Part shown: piece after piece, positions 48,648 through 61,158 of the stretch
Numbering within the stretch: position 1 is the first letter of the stretch
Layout: each line of letters starts with the position of its first letter
DNA from: Lama guanicoe
Lineage: Eukaryota
Length of the DNA: 64,000 bases
Direction of reading: 5' to 3'
Assembly: GCA_013239625.1 (NCBI GenBank)
Contig: MU056000.1
Location: forward strand, 10,925,175-10,989,174
Notes under the pieces: generated by a model
Seen by the model: the letters and a program-made list of their open reading frames with translations, nothing else
Told to the model about the DNA's origin: nothing
Database searches by the model: none
Translations under genes and position numbers: made by a program

Positions 48648-48967
48648 GGATGGTTTAAGACGATCTGGCTGTGACATCTGTCATCCCATTGATAGTAGGG
48701 TTAATTTGGCTGATCTAGCTGGCTAAGTGGGGGACCCCTTCCTCTCTCACCACTCCATGTGCATCCTTCCTGAAGCTGCATGCTCTGTAAAAGAGGACAA
48801 CCTTCTTCAATAGAGGAAGACCACCATTCAGTCAAGAGTATAGGAGTAGATGCTCCCCTGAAGCTTCACACAAGTTCTCAAGTTCCATTTGTAGAAGAAC
48901 ATCAGGTAGTCAAGCTTCCAAGACTCCAGACACAGATGAGGCGCTGTGTGTGGCAGTCCACCTTTCT
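48648..48967 (+). pseudogene. RN7SK: Full-length 7SK snRNA retrocopy (pseudogene)
   Basis: ggatg...cgatctggctgtgacatctgtca...ggctgatctagctggcta...gtagtcaagcttccaagactccagacaca...tgaggcgctg...tggcagtccacctttct is collinear with 7SK; CpG decay; no PSE/TATA seen upstream. Confidence 0.95.
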
Positions 48968-48993
48968 GTAAATTTTTTTTTATATGAATGAGT

Positions 48994-49049
48994 TTTTTTG
49001 CTCACTGCCACATAGGCTAGATTTTTTGCTCACTGCCACATAGGCTAGA
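48994..49049. repeat. Perfect tandem duplication, 28 bp x2
   Basis: ttttttgctcactgccacataggctaga at 48994-49021 and 49022-49049. Confidence 0.95.
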
Positions 49050-49249
49050 TTGAAAATTCAGATGAAGTGCTCTCTGATACAGTGTACCTACTCAGACACT
49101 GACATAAATGTTATTTAGATAATAATAATTAAACTAACCTTTGAAACAGTGGTACCTTTAAATCCTGAAACATACTTTATGGAATTTCCATTTGTGCTAT
49201 GTGAAGTTAAGTTATGGCTAGCCAGAAAACTTCCCACAGAACTTATCCA

Positions 49250-49565
49250 CTGACAAAGCAAACAGACAACCTACTGAATAGGAGAAAATACCTGCAAATA
49301 ATATGAATGACAAGGGGTTAATATGCAAAATACATGAACAGCTCAGACAACTCGACTTCAACAATACAAACCTGATTAAAAACTGGGCAGAAGACTTGAA
49401 GAGACATTTTTCCAAAGAAGACATTCAGATGGCCAACAGGCACATGAAAAGATGCTCAACATCATTATCAGAGAAATGCAAATTAAACTCCAATAAGACT
49501 TCACCTCACACCTGTCGGAATGGCTATCATCAGAAAGAACACAAATAAAAGTTAGCGAGGATGTA
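49250..49565 (+). mobile_element. L1 ORF2 internal fragment
   Basis: ORF 49303-49548 DKGLICKI...[29 protein letters not shown] is L1 ORF2. Confidence 0.9.
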
Positions 49566-50189
49566 TCATATTAATCATACCATTTCTAAATAATTACTGT
49601 AACAACACTGGAAACAATAATCAGTATTCCAAAAATACTTTAGATAGAGCACTTATTAGAATGCAAAGTTGGGATTATACGTGTATTGGGGTGGTTAGAT
49701 CAATAAGGTCAGGCGAATTGGACCATCAGGTGAACTGTGAATCAGCAAAGAGTTTCGAAGAGGGAGTGTGAGTGTGAGGAGAGAATCCAGAAACTGTTGC
49801 TGGATGGGGAAAGACCGTTTCACTTTCTGGGCTCCATCTCAGCTTTTCCCAACCTCCAAAAGGCTAAAAAGTCTTAATTGCTCTGTTGAGGGTATTGAAT
49901 CGGAGTTATTAATTATTGTTATTAATTATTTGAGGTTTAAAAAGAGAACACATTTAAAGGTTTATTTTCTCACTTGTCTTTAAACAATTTGCATTGGTAA
50001 CTCAGAATCAGTTGGCAGAATTGTGCATAACATTTTTCTTCCATTATTTGTTTAGAAAACAAAATGTCACAGGTAGTTTAGAGTGAATGTCTCCATGTCT
50101 CGTTTACTGATACACAGTTTTACTAAGCTTTTGGGACTAGTCATTGAATTGGAAAATGAGTCAGAAAATTTGTGATAAATAGCAAAAAA

Positions 50190-50655
50190 TGGCCTTTTGT
50201 TTTCTGGCTCCTCCTCCCGGGAAGAGGTGGGGTCTCTTTCCCTTGCCCTTAAGTCTGGGTTATCCTGATGACTGGCTTCAGCCCATAAGAGGCAGCACAA
50301 GGGCCAAGCCAAGGCCTCCTCAAGGGCTCCTCTCCTGGAGCCTGAAACCACTATTCAAGGAAGCTGGGGCCATCCTGCTGGTTGGGAGACTCAACACAGT
50401 CCATCACTCCTGTCGCTAAGAACCACCAATGCCAAGTACCAGACAGCTCAGTGAAGCCAGCCGAGACCATCCAGCCACCAGCTAACGAGCCAATAGACTA
50501 CATGCACATGTCGGGCTCAGTCGAGGTCAGCCAAGTCAGCCCAGAACAGAAGACTCACTCGGCTGATCCATGGAATTGTGGACTAAATAGATGTTGTTGT
50601 TGTAAGCTGCTAGGTTGTGAGTTAGTTTATTTTGCCAGGAAAGCTAACTGGCACA
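50190..50655 (+). mobile_element. MaLR LTR (MLT1F/G-like)
   Basis: ctcctcctcccgggaagaggtggggtct...gctgatccatggaattgtggactaaatagatgttgttg...aaagctaactggcaca. Confidence 0.7.
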
Positions 50656-50850
50656 GCGCTCTTTGAAAAAAAAAAAAATCTAGTGAATTGTAGAAGCCAG
50701 AAAGCATATGCAGGCTGCAGACCCACAAATATTGCTAACATTGACCAAACACAAGAGACTGATAACCTGGCTCTATACTCTAGGACTTTGTTAAAAGTAT
50801 TTCTTAAGGTGGCTCACTTGCTCTAGGAAAGTTTATGAAAGGCTCGCTCG

Positions 50851-51059
50851 CTCTTTCTTTCTTTCCCTTTCTTTCTTTGTTTCCCTTTCATTCTTTCTTT
50901 TTCTTTCTTCCTTCCTTCCTTCCTCCCTTCCTCCCTTCCTTCCTTTCTTTCTTTCTTTCTTTCTTTCTTCCTTCCTTCCTTCCTTTCTTTCTTCCTTTCT
51001 TTCTTCCTTTCTTTCTTTCTTTCTTTCTCTTTCTTTTCTTCTCTCTCTCTCTTTCTTTC
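50851..51059. repeat. Compound polypyrimidine (CTTT)/(CCTT)/(CT) microsatellite
   Basis: Seen directly; ~200 bp almost purely pyrimidine. Confidence 0.95.
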
Positions 51060-51459
51060 GTGTGGTTTTCAGGAAAGACCAAACAGTGAAATGGTGCATT
51101 ATAAAACTAAGGAAGATTAAACAACATTTCCTCCCAGGCAGCGAACAAGGTACACACCCTAATACTAGAGAAGCAATAAAATTTGCCTTGTTAATCCAAT
51201 CACAGTGATGTTTAACTGCTGTTGAACTTAATACTTAAAGATATATTGTAAATAGCCAGTCCTCCAAGGCAAGCAAAGATTGAATCAGGAAAGCATTAAA
51301 GGGGGTAATTTTACTTATTTTTTATTACCTTTGTATTTCCAGGAAGAGTAATACTATATTTTTTAATTTGGAATTTTTTCCTTTACATTTTGAGAAGTTG
51401 GAAACAACTTCACCAAAGGAAATGAAAAATATCTGGAGTGTAATGTCTGTGCTGGTTTG

Positions 51460-51625
51460 AGCGCTGTTTGGCCCACTTGCTATATGACCTTCAACTAGTC
51501 TCTTCGTGCCCTCACCTATAAATTGAGCATCAGGATATCTATTCCACAGGATTAAGTGAGGATTAAATAAAACCGTGTACATTAAAGGGACCAGCACATT
51601 GTAAATATTTAATGAGTATTTACTA
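51460..51625. mobile_element. MIR SINE fragment
   Basis: ccacttgctatatgacct...cctcacctataaatt...ccacaggattaagtgaggattaaat. Confidence 0.7.
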
Positions 51626-52884
51626 CAATCCTGTAATTTTAAAAATTCTTCAAACTTGTTCTAGAATATCTCTGGATCAAGAAAAAATAAGGATGAATGA
51701 ATGGTGCAGCATTATAAAACTGATGATTACAAAGAAGCCCAAACTTTGAATTCAGTTTAAAATTGTTTTTCGTTAATAGTATTCCACTGTAATTACCAAA
51801 AATTGACATGTTTACGAAATTCTTCATTTCACACTAATAATTATACATTTTTTGTACTGTTCTTTAGATATAATATAATTACAAAGCACTTTATATTTTC
51901 TAAGTGGCTGTAGTATCTTTTACATTACTTGGCTTTGTCTTCCTTACTTTAATATAAGTAGGGAGGATCTTATTAAGTCTATATTATTAAGGGGGAAACT
52001 GAGACCCTACTAAATTAAATGGCTCTAAGTTCTCACCCTGATTCCAGGCTACATAGCCAATGTCAGTTTACAGATCTGCAGGTGGATGTGTGCAGTTGTG
52101 GATACGTGTGCCATGCTTTGCTAGTTATTTTAAATTTAAGTTCCCCTGGCACTTTTCTGCTTATTTTGGAGGGCAGAAGTTGTTTTGCTAAGGTTTTCTT
52201 CAGACACAACACAGAGATGACAGGTTTGGAGACTGGACTCAAAATGGAACCTTTGGGTGAGTAAAATTTATTTACTCTTGGCAAACCACAGCTTCCTGTT
52301 ATCTGACCTTTTCTTAGAGAGGCTTTTTCTTTTTAAAGGAAAGTAGTTTTAAACACTTATTTAAAAAAAAGTTCTTGGACATTAGATAACTATGAAATAA
52401 GCCAAATTTTAATGATTGAAGTGTAAATGAATCAAAAACATATGGATAAAATTTTCTTTAAAACACACACGAGTTTAAAAACAAAATAAAATTGCTCAGG
52501 GCCAAATACACCTGGAATTTTATTGAACCCCAAACATTCGGAAAGTAGTTTGTGACCTTCAACAGACTGTTACGATACCTCATTTCTAAACTCCGTTTTT
52601 GCACGTATCCAGTGGAACCTACGTCAGGGTGAGTTGCTAACAAGGTGAGGTTGCACTAAAATGATGACCCAAAATACTCTGTGGGCTGACCCACTCCAGT
52701 GTCTGAAATTTCACCATAGCATTATTTTTTGCTAAAGGGATTTATCATCTGGAAAAAGCAGATCCTTATTAGAACGTGAATAATATTGGGAAAAATAATT
52801 AGACATTTATATTTAAATAGCCCGCTAAAATTAATAAACACTTTCACACACCTGTTAATTTGAATGTTAATTTCATAGTTTACA

Positions 52885-53000
52885 ACATATGCTCATGTGC
52901 TTTATCTGAGGTTCAGAGAGAGAAGTGATTTACCCAAGACACACAGTGGTCAAGCCAGGAACCAAGAACTTTTGTGCCTCGGTCTACACCATGCTCCCTC
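52885..53000. mobile_element. MIR fragment
   Basis: ctgaggttcagagagagaagtgatttacccaagacacacag. Confidence 0.65.
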
Positions 53001-55189
53001 TTGGAAAGCATGCACATCTTTGCATTCACCAATCCATCAATTGAACTGAGGAGTAAAATGGCAAAAGAGGGCATGGTGACTGCAAGCAATGGCTACTCTT
53101 TCATCAAACTTGTCTGTGAAGGAGAGGTTAGAGACAAGCATACTCTGAGATTTTTTTGTATGCTGAGATGGAGGGGCCATCAGAAGATAGAGTTTGAAGA
53201 TCCAGGAGGGAGGAGGGAGAGCTAATGGAACAAAATCCCTGAGGAAGCAGGTGGCGTTAGGATCCAGAAAGCAGACTGAAGGATGGCTGTACCTTACTCT
53301 GAACAAGGAGAATAGGAGTGAGGTTGGATGCAGACGCATGGAAATTGCTAAACCGGATGGGCAGGGAGTCGGAGGAGTTAATCGCTGGGAAGCCTTCATC
53401 GCCACGTTGAAGCAACAAGTGAGGTACCTGCTGAGAGGCAAGATGGGACCAAGGGAAGATGAGAGAGAGGGAAACATAGAGTAGGTCTTAAGAAGCAAAG
53501 GAGAGGTTAGCTCCTAAGGATCCTTAAAGAGATTATTGGCCAAGTGCAACTTTATTTTTCCTCCCAGACAAATGGTTTTTCCAAGCAGTGCTCAGCAGCT
53601 TAGTTGTGGGGGTAAAAAGTCTGATGTTTAGATTAATCTGAAATTAGAGTTTTATAAGATACCTGTGGTTGATGGTTTATTCAGAGATAAAGTGGTTTTG
53701 CATAGTGATTCAGTCCAGGACTTGGCCCTGGAAATAGTTTCCTAAAGGAAAATGAAGTTGAAAGTTTGATCCACTTAGATGTTGCAGTCACCTGGGATCC
53801 TGGTGGCTTTTGGCATTGAAAGAAAGGGTATGTGCCAAGTGCCAAGGATCTCAACTAAAAGTGGACACAGACAAGCGGTTGGCATATGATCATAACACAG
53901 ACTACCAGGAGGCATGAGATCTGAGCGTTCTGAGCCTAAAGATCCTTTTAAATGAGGATAATATAGTGTGAAAATAGTTATGTTGACCAAGAAACTTCCC
54001 ACCACTATCCTCAGATTCATGGGAAGTAGTAAGAGCAGATACTCAAGGGTCTAAGGGAAACAGACAGAAGAGGATGCCCCCCAAGACCAGGCTGAGAACC
54101 GGGAATTGCAGAGGACATCACAGAGGATGCTGGGGACATGGCAGCTTGGGTGAAAAGGCAGGCAAGGGGAGCAGAGGACAGGACAGAGTAACCAAGGGGC
54201 TTATATTTGGGGTGATGTTCAAGGCTGCCATGGGGAGAGTGTTATGAGGTTCAGTTGAATTCACAGCTCTTCTTGAAGCTCTGATTAAAGTTCTACTGGT
54301 GACAGTCTAGCCAGCAACTGAGCCTTTACTCAAAGTCCCAGATGGACCATAGATGCAATTTTGTTTCTTGCCTCCATCACAGGTGTGGCAACTCCAGGTG
54401 CAAAATTTAGAGATTCCAACAGAATTCTTACATTTGCTGCTCCCAATTCCCCAACACAGTAGAAGCTCAAGAAATGTTGAATGACTTTGTGAATTCTTGG
54501 TCTGGTCGCTTCCTGATTACTTGTTATATTTTCTGGCTAAAGCTGTAGGAATTTTTATCTTTCCCTTTGCAAAAACCTCCTCTTATTTCTTATATATTCC
54601 CACAGAAACCAGTTTGATTATTTCTTCCAGGGATCTTAAAGCTGTACTATTTTTCTGAAGACATAGTATGTAATTTTCCTGAAATGGAAAGTTTTAATTC
54701 TTGAATGATTGGGTCCTGTAACATGGATTTGTGGAATGTTCAGCTGTATAGTTTGGTGGGTTTACAGGCTTTGTCAGTTAGTCCTATTTTTATAAACAAA
54801 TTACTCTTACAGTTTCTCCAGTGTATTATTGTTAAATAATTTTTGTGAAAATATGTGCTAATATTACTTATGTTGTCTTGACAAACAAAATATTTTTATA
54901 TTTAGGCATTCTAGATACTTTCTTTGTGTAAAATATAAGAGAATTATGTTTGTTTCTTTGACATGTTCATTCCTTATGACTTAGGAATTCTACACAATAA
55001 AGAAGTATGTTTGACTATTTCTAAAAGTTCATTGGAACATATCAATATAAAGGAACCAAGAAAAACAGAAGAACCAAAAAAGAATTCACTCACTTCTAAA
55101 TTAAGACAATAATGGTAAATTTGGGAGTTGTTTTCTTATAAATTATAGTTATAGAATAGGAAGTACTTTAGCTCACTTTGAAAAAGTAT

Positions 55190-55880
55190 TTCTTTGACAA
55201 ATAATGATTGAGTGTCTATTGTGTGACAGCCTCTGGCAATGAAGATACAGCAGTAAACAAAACAAAGTCCCTGTTTTCTTGGGGTTTATAGTCTAAAGGG
55301 AGATGGATGAACATTTGAATATGTAAATAATCAAGATAATCCCAAATAGTGATAATGATCATTCTTATGCTGAAAATAAAATAGGGCCATCCGGTAAAGG
55401 GTGCTAAAGGCTGGGAGCTGCTTTAGATGGAAATTGGAGGAAGCCTCTCTATGGAGACATTTGCACTGAGAGTTGGATGATGAGGAGCCAGGCAATTATG
55501 CTCTGGAGGAAAGAGTGATCAAAACAGCAGAGTCTCTGAGGAGGGAGCCCACTGGACAGTCCATGTGGGGCAGTTGAAGGAGCCAGGGGGACAGAGTCTG
55601 AGACGAGATGCAAGCTGGGGGAGCAATCAGATGATGTGGGCTTGGAGGGACATGGGGAGGGCATTTGGATTTCATTATAAATGTGGTGGGAAGCTGCTGG
55701 GAGATTGACCAAATTTGATTTTTGTGATTAAAAGATTACTGTGGCAGCTATAAAGAAATTTGGTGGCTGTGAAGGCATGTGTAGGAACAGGAACACTGTT
55801 TAGGAGGCTCTTATTGGGGCCCTAGTGAGAGATGTGCCAACATGGGCTAGATTGGTAGTAGGGAGAAGGAGTTGCATCAA
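55190..55880 (-). mobile_element. L2 3' region
   Basis: attgagtgtctattgtgtgacag...gatacagcagtaaacaaaacaaagtccctg...tttggatttcatt...aaagattactgtggcagc. Confidence 0.8.
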
Positions 55881-55884
55881 CTCA

Positions 55885-56947
55885 GGATTTTTTTTAAATT
55901 TATTGCTATGAAGTGTACATAATGTAGTATTTACCATCTTGGCCATTCTTAGGCATACAATTCAGTGGCATTAGGTACATTCACAATGTTGTACATGCAT
56001 GACTACCGTCTATCTCCAAAACTTTTCATCATCTCTAACATAAGCTCTGTGTCCATTAAATAATTCTCCCCATTTCCACCTCTACAGCCCTTGACAACCC
56101 CTATTCTCCTTTCTGTATCTATGAGTTTGATTATTCTTGGCTGCTCTTACATAAGTGAAATCATACAAAATTTGTCTTTTTGTTTCTGGTTTATTTCACT
56201 TTGCATAATGTTTTCAAGGTCCAGCCACATTGTAGCATGTATTGAATATTTTTTATGACTGAATAATGTTCCATTGTATGCACATACCACATTCTGTTTA
56301 TCCACTCATATGCTGGTGCACACTTGGTTGTTTCCACCTCTTGGCTATTGTAAACAATACTGCTATGAACATTGATATACAAGTATCTATTTGAGTCCCT
56401 GCTGTGTTACAGGGTAATTTTGTGTTTAACTTTTTGAGAAAATGCTAAATTGTTTTACACAGTGGCTGCATCGTTTTGCATCCTCACCAGTAGTGTACAA
56501 GTGTTCCAATTTCTCCATATCTTCACCAACAGTTATTTTCCAAATCTTTTTTTTTATTACATCCATCCTAATGTGTGTGACATGGTATCTCACTGTGGTT
56601 TTGGATTTGCATTTTTCTAATGACTAGTGATGTTAGCATCTTTTCCTGTGCTTATTGACTATTTCTATATCTTCTTTAGAAAAATGTCTATTCAAACTTT
56701 TTGGCCATTTTGGAATTGGGTTTTTTTGTTTGTTTTCATGGGTTTTTCTGGTGTTAAGTTGTAGGAGTTCTTTATAAATGTTCCTGATGTGACTGCTTTA
56801 TCAGATGTCTGATTTGCAAATATGTTCTTTCATTCTGTGGTTTGTCTTTTCACTCTCTTGATAGTGTCCTTTGGTGTACAATAGTTTTTAATTTTGATGA
56901 AGTCCAATTTATCTATTTTTCTTTTGTTGCCTGATTTTTGTTGTCAT
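55885..56947 (-). mobile_element. Old L1 (L1MB-like) 3' UTR/ORF2 end, left part
   Basis: tacaattcagtggcattaggtacattcacaatgttgtac...tttgatgaagtccaatttatctattttt. Confidence 0.88.
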
Positions 56948-56964
56948 AAAAGACATGACCAAAT

Positions 56965-58079
56965 AAACAAATGAGACCTAATTAAACTTACAAGCTTCTG
57001 CACAGCAAAGGAAACCATAAACAAAAGTAAATGACAACCTACAGAATGGGAGAGAATTTTTGCAAATGGTGAAACCGACAAAGGCTTGATCTCCAGAATA
57101 TATAAGCAGCTCATATGACTTAATAAGAAAAAAACAAACAACCCAATCCAAAAATGGGCAGAAGACCTAAACAAGCAATTCTCCAAGGAAAAAATACAAA
57201 TGATCAATAGGCACATGAAAAACTGCTCAATATCACTAATTATCAGAAAATGCAAATCAAAACTACAGTGAGGTATCACCTCACACCAGTCAGAATGGCC
57301 ATCATTCAAAAGCCAACAAATGACAAATGCTGGAGAGGCTGTGGAGAAAAGGGAACCCTCCTACACTGCTGGTGGGTATGCAGTTTGGTGAAGCCACTGT
57401 GGAAAACAGTATGGAGATTCCTCAAAAGACTAGGAGTACACTTACCATATGACCCAGGAATCCCGCTCCTAGGCATATATCCAGAAGGAACCCTACTTCA
57501 AAAAGACACTTGCACCCCAATGTTCATAGCAGCACTATTTACCATAGCCAAGACATGGAATAGCCTAAATGCCCATCAACAGATGACTGGATAAAGAAGA
57601 AGTGGTATATTTATACAATGGAATACTATTCGGCCATAAAAAAGACAACATAACACCATTTGCAGCAACATGGATGTCCCTGGAGAATGTCATTCTAAGT
57701 GAAGTAAGCCAGAAAGAGAAAGAAAAATACCATATGAGATCACTCATATGTGGAATATGAAAAAAAAAGAACATAAATACAAAACAGAAACAGACTCATA
57801 GACAGAGAATAGAAACTTGTGGTTGCCAAGGGGGAGGGGGGTGGGAAGGGATAGACTGGGAGTTCAAAATTTGTAGATACTGACAGGCATATGTAGAATA
57901 GATAAACAAGATTATACTGTATAGCACAGGGAAATATATACAAGATCTTGTGGTAGCTCACAGCAAAAAAAAATATGACAATGAATATATGTATGTTCAT
58001 GTATAACTGAAAAATTGTGCTCTACACTGGAATTTGACACCACACTGTGAAATGACTCTAACTCAATAAAAAAATGTTA
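56965..58079 (+). mobile_element. 5'-truncated young L1 (ORF2 C-terminus plus 3' UTR), camelid-type, with TSD
   Basis: ORF 57250-57594 [17 protein letters not shown]...[16 protein letters not shown] = L1 ORF2 Cys-rich domain; TSD aaaagacatgaccaaat (56948-56964) / aaaagaatgaccaaat (58080-58095). Confidence 0.95.
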
Positions 58080-58095
58080 AAAAGAATGACCAAAT

Positions 58096-58325
58096 CTAAG
58101 ATCATGAAATTTCTTTTATGTTTTCTTCTAAGTGTTTTTTTTAGTTTCACCTCCCAAGTTTAGACCTTTGACACATTTTGAGTTAATTTTTGTATATGGG
58201 GTAAGAAAAGAGTTCAATTTCATTCTTTTGCACATGGATACTCTGTTTTCCCAAAATCATTTTTTGGGAAGATTATCCTTTCCTCTTTGAATGGTCTTGG
58301 CATCCTTGCCAAAGATCAATCAACC
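58096..58325 (-). mobile_element. Old L1 continuation (right part of host)
   Basis: ctaagatcatgaaatt...ttttgagttaatttttgtatatggggtaag...ttgccaaagatcaat. Confidence 0.85.
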
Positions 58326-58517
58326 ACCTGAGCTCACTTTTGTAAAAAAGTTTATAGCTTTTGAGAAGCACAGAGAACTCTTATGTTAAAGTATTTGCCT
58401 AAGGATCAAATCCAGAGTGTTAGTAGTATTGAATTGTCATGTGTCCTGATTCTAATTGTTGGAATCAAGGTATGAAAGTAGGAATTGAGGCTTTAATAAT
58501 TAAAAAATATATAAGTA

Positions 58518-58900
58518 TGTATTAGTCTACTTCAGCTGTCGTAACAAAATATACCATAGACTGAGTGGTTTAAACAACAGAAATTTATTTTCTCACAATT
58601 CTGGAGCCTCAAAGTCCAAGACTGAGGGACCAGCAAGGTACGTACCTGATGTGAGAGCTCTCCTTGGGGTACAAATGACTGTCTTCATGCTGTGGCCTCG
58701 CATGGCACAGAGCAAGAGAGAGGCCATTCTGGTCGCTCTAGTGCCTATTCCTAGGAGCACTAGCCTTTTAGATTAGGGCCCCATCCTTTTGGTCTCATTT
58801 GATCTATATTACCTTCTCAGAGGCAGTATCTCCAAATACTGTCACATTGGAGGCTAAGGTTTCAACATATGAATTTTGGTCTATAACATTTAGTTCATGA
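58518..58900 (-). mobile_element. MaLR solo LTR (MLT1A-like)
   Basis: tgtattagtctacttcagctgtcgtaacaaaatataccatagactgagtggtttaaacaacagaaatttattttctcac. Confidence 0.85.
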
Positions 58901-60459
58901 CAAAGTATTGGGGTCATCCCTTTGGGTCTGCTTAAGTGTATCTTCATGCTGGTGCTGTACAAAAGAAGGAAGAGAAGTTTCCCCAGTGCTTTGAAATCCA
59001 GTGTTGGGGATGTCAGCATCATGGAAACTGAGTGATAGACGGACCAAAGAGATGACCCAATGTACTCATCCCATTAAATTGCGTGGGGAGGCTTTATACC
59101 TGAGAGATGATGTACTTTGCACAAGTCAGACAGCCAATAACTCTTAGACACAATTTTAAACCAATTTTTCCAATCTTAAACCTACTGCTCTTTCCAGACT
59201 GAAAACGCTAAAAATTCCACACCTCAGAAGTCCTGTGAAATTCTCTTTGCCTTAATGGCATGTAACGTGTTCAAGCAGGAAGAATGTGTTGATTTATTTC
59301 ATCAACCATGATTTTTTCACATGAATATTTCTCACAGAATGGCAGCCATCTGGTCAATTTATTTTCTTCCCTGTTGGCAAGAGTTTCAGACTCTTGGCTT
59401 CTACCTGTCTGTGGGCAGATATCAGAACTGCCATCACAATCAAGTAAAAGAAAACGAATGAACATTACAAAGAGATAGTGGGAGCCGTCCTATTTCATGA
59501 AAACTTGGAAAGTTTTTTTTTTTTTTAAGTTGCGATGCCACCATCTCCATTCTTTTAAATAAAAGCATGTCTCTACTTACTAGCTGGAATACTTGGGTTC
59601 TGTGTCTGGAGGAAGGTGCCTGACTGTAGTCTATTTCCTGTGTGGTGCACATTTTGGGGTCTCACAGGCAGATCCACAAATATCAAGGCTTTAATACAGC
59701 TTTGCTATGGAAATCACTTGACAATGCAAATAAAGGACATATTACCTGCACACTGCATCTTAACATCTAATGAAAATAGTGTATGGATAAATATGGATAA
59801 ATATTCCAGCAAAAAGCAGAGATTCTTTAAGACTCCATTCAGTTCGAGGCAAATCAGAGAGTCCTCTGTTAGCTGGAATGGGTAAGTTTGTCGGTTTTCC
59901 CCTGACATATAACAACCCCACTCTTTTCATCTTTCTGGCAGGCAGTGATCTTGAACCTCCGCAGCCCGGGTTTGTGGATTGCTGATGTCATTCCAACACA
60001 TGGTTGAAGCCCACTCTGCATACATTACGGAGAGCAGCTCGCCTTAGTATTTAAATACAAGTTGTCTCCCTTGCCAAGGGAAATGCAGGGCCTCTAATAA
60101 GCCCCATGTGTGCGGGAAACTTGTTGGAAGTTTGGAATTTGCCAGTCTCTGCAGAGGAATGCTCTATGGAAATACAGTTCTGTATTTGTCATTATGGCAT
60201 CACGCTGTCACAATTCGAATGCATTTGGGGATTTAATATTCTTCGAGACACATCTCCCTTTTTGTAATCACGTAATATCGTGCCATATTGGAAAAACAGG
60301 ATGCACAACTTACCTTGGTTTGCCAAGGACTCCCAGGTTTCAAAACTCTTTGGGCCTCAGTTTCTTCACCTGAATCCTATAGGAAATTTAGCAAGATGGA
60401 TTTTTTTGTTTATTTGTTTTTGTTTTTGTTTGTTTAGGGATTAGCAGGTACAAACTACT

Positions 60460-60467
60460 GTAGATAT

Positions 60468-60520
<53 letters not shown>
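60460..60520. repeat. (GATA)n microsatellite
   Basis: Seen directly. Confidence 0.95.
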
Positions 60521-60521
<1 letters not shown>

Positions 60522-60797
60522 TTTATAATCTGCTAGTTATGAAAGACTCTGACTGCTTTGCTAATCTTTACTTTACATTTTTTCAGTTCCTATTTATTTA
60601 CTCTAACTGCTCTAGATAAAATGTGCCCTCTCTTGCTTCACTACTTTGTTCCAGAGCTTCTGCCTATCAGTGGAGAAAGTCATCTGAGTGATCATTCCAT
60701 TAACAACTCATATTGCCTATTCTCTGAGCCCTGTTGCTCTACAGAAATCCTTTCATTCATTTACAATTCACTTGCCATGTACCCAGCACAAAGCAAG

Positions 60798-61158
60798 TGT
60801 TACGGACCAAATTGTGCCCACCCCCAGCCCCCTTCCTCCAAATTATTGTGTTGAAGCCCTAACCACCAATGTTGACTATACTAGGAGTACGGAAGTAATT
60901 AAGATTAAATGAGGTAATAAGGGCGAGGCTCCAGTTTGATGGGATTAGTGTCCTTATAAGAAGAGACACCAGAGAGCTCATTCTCTCTTCCAAGTGAGGA
61001 CACAGTGAGAAGCCAGGAAGAGAGCTCTCACCAAGAACCAACCATGATGGCACCCTGAGCTCAAAATTCCAGCCTCCAGAACTATAAGGGACAAATTTCT
61101 ATTGTTTAACCACCCAGTGTGTGGTATTTTGTTACGGCAGCCAGAGCTGATGAAGACA
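60798..61158 (+). mobile_element. MaLR solo LTR (MLT1A-like)
   Basis: tgttacggaccaaattgtg...gggattagtgtccttataagaagagacacc...ccagcctccagaactataagg...gcagccagagctgatgaagaca. Confidence 0.88.

Noticed and set aside
48648..48967. Functional RN7SK gene
   Set aside because: Many substitutions and CpG decay relative to the highly conserved 7SK, no upstream promoter seen, and retroposition-like flanks.
50833..51099. K/E/R-rich and F/L/S-rich ORFs
   Set aside because: Translations of the (CTTT)n microsatellite.
53037..53498. Longest ORFs (153 aa here; also 41815-42270 and 3741-4187)
   Set aside because: No recognisable protein motifs; the first two overlap purine-rich L2-like sequence; such lengths are expected by chance.
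57250..57594. L1 ORF2 C-terminal ORF as a functional CDS
   Set aside because: The element is 5'-truncated, frameshifted near the end, and lacks the promoter, endonuclease and RT domains.
56944..58000. Hydrophobic minus-strand ORFs (also 18403-18789, 7279-7622, 19220-20095)
   Set aside because: Antisense readings of L1 ORF2/3' UTR.
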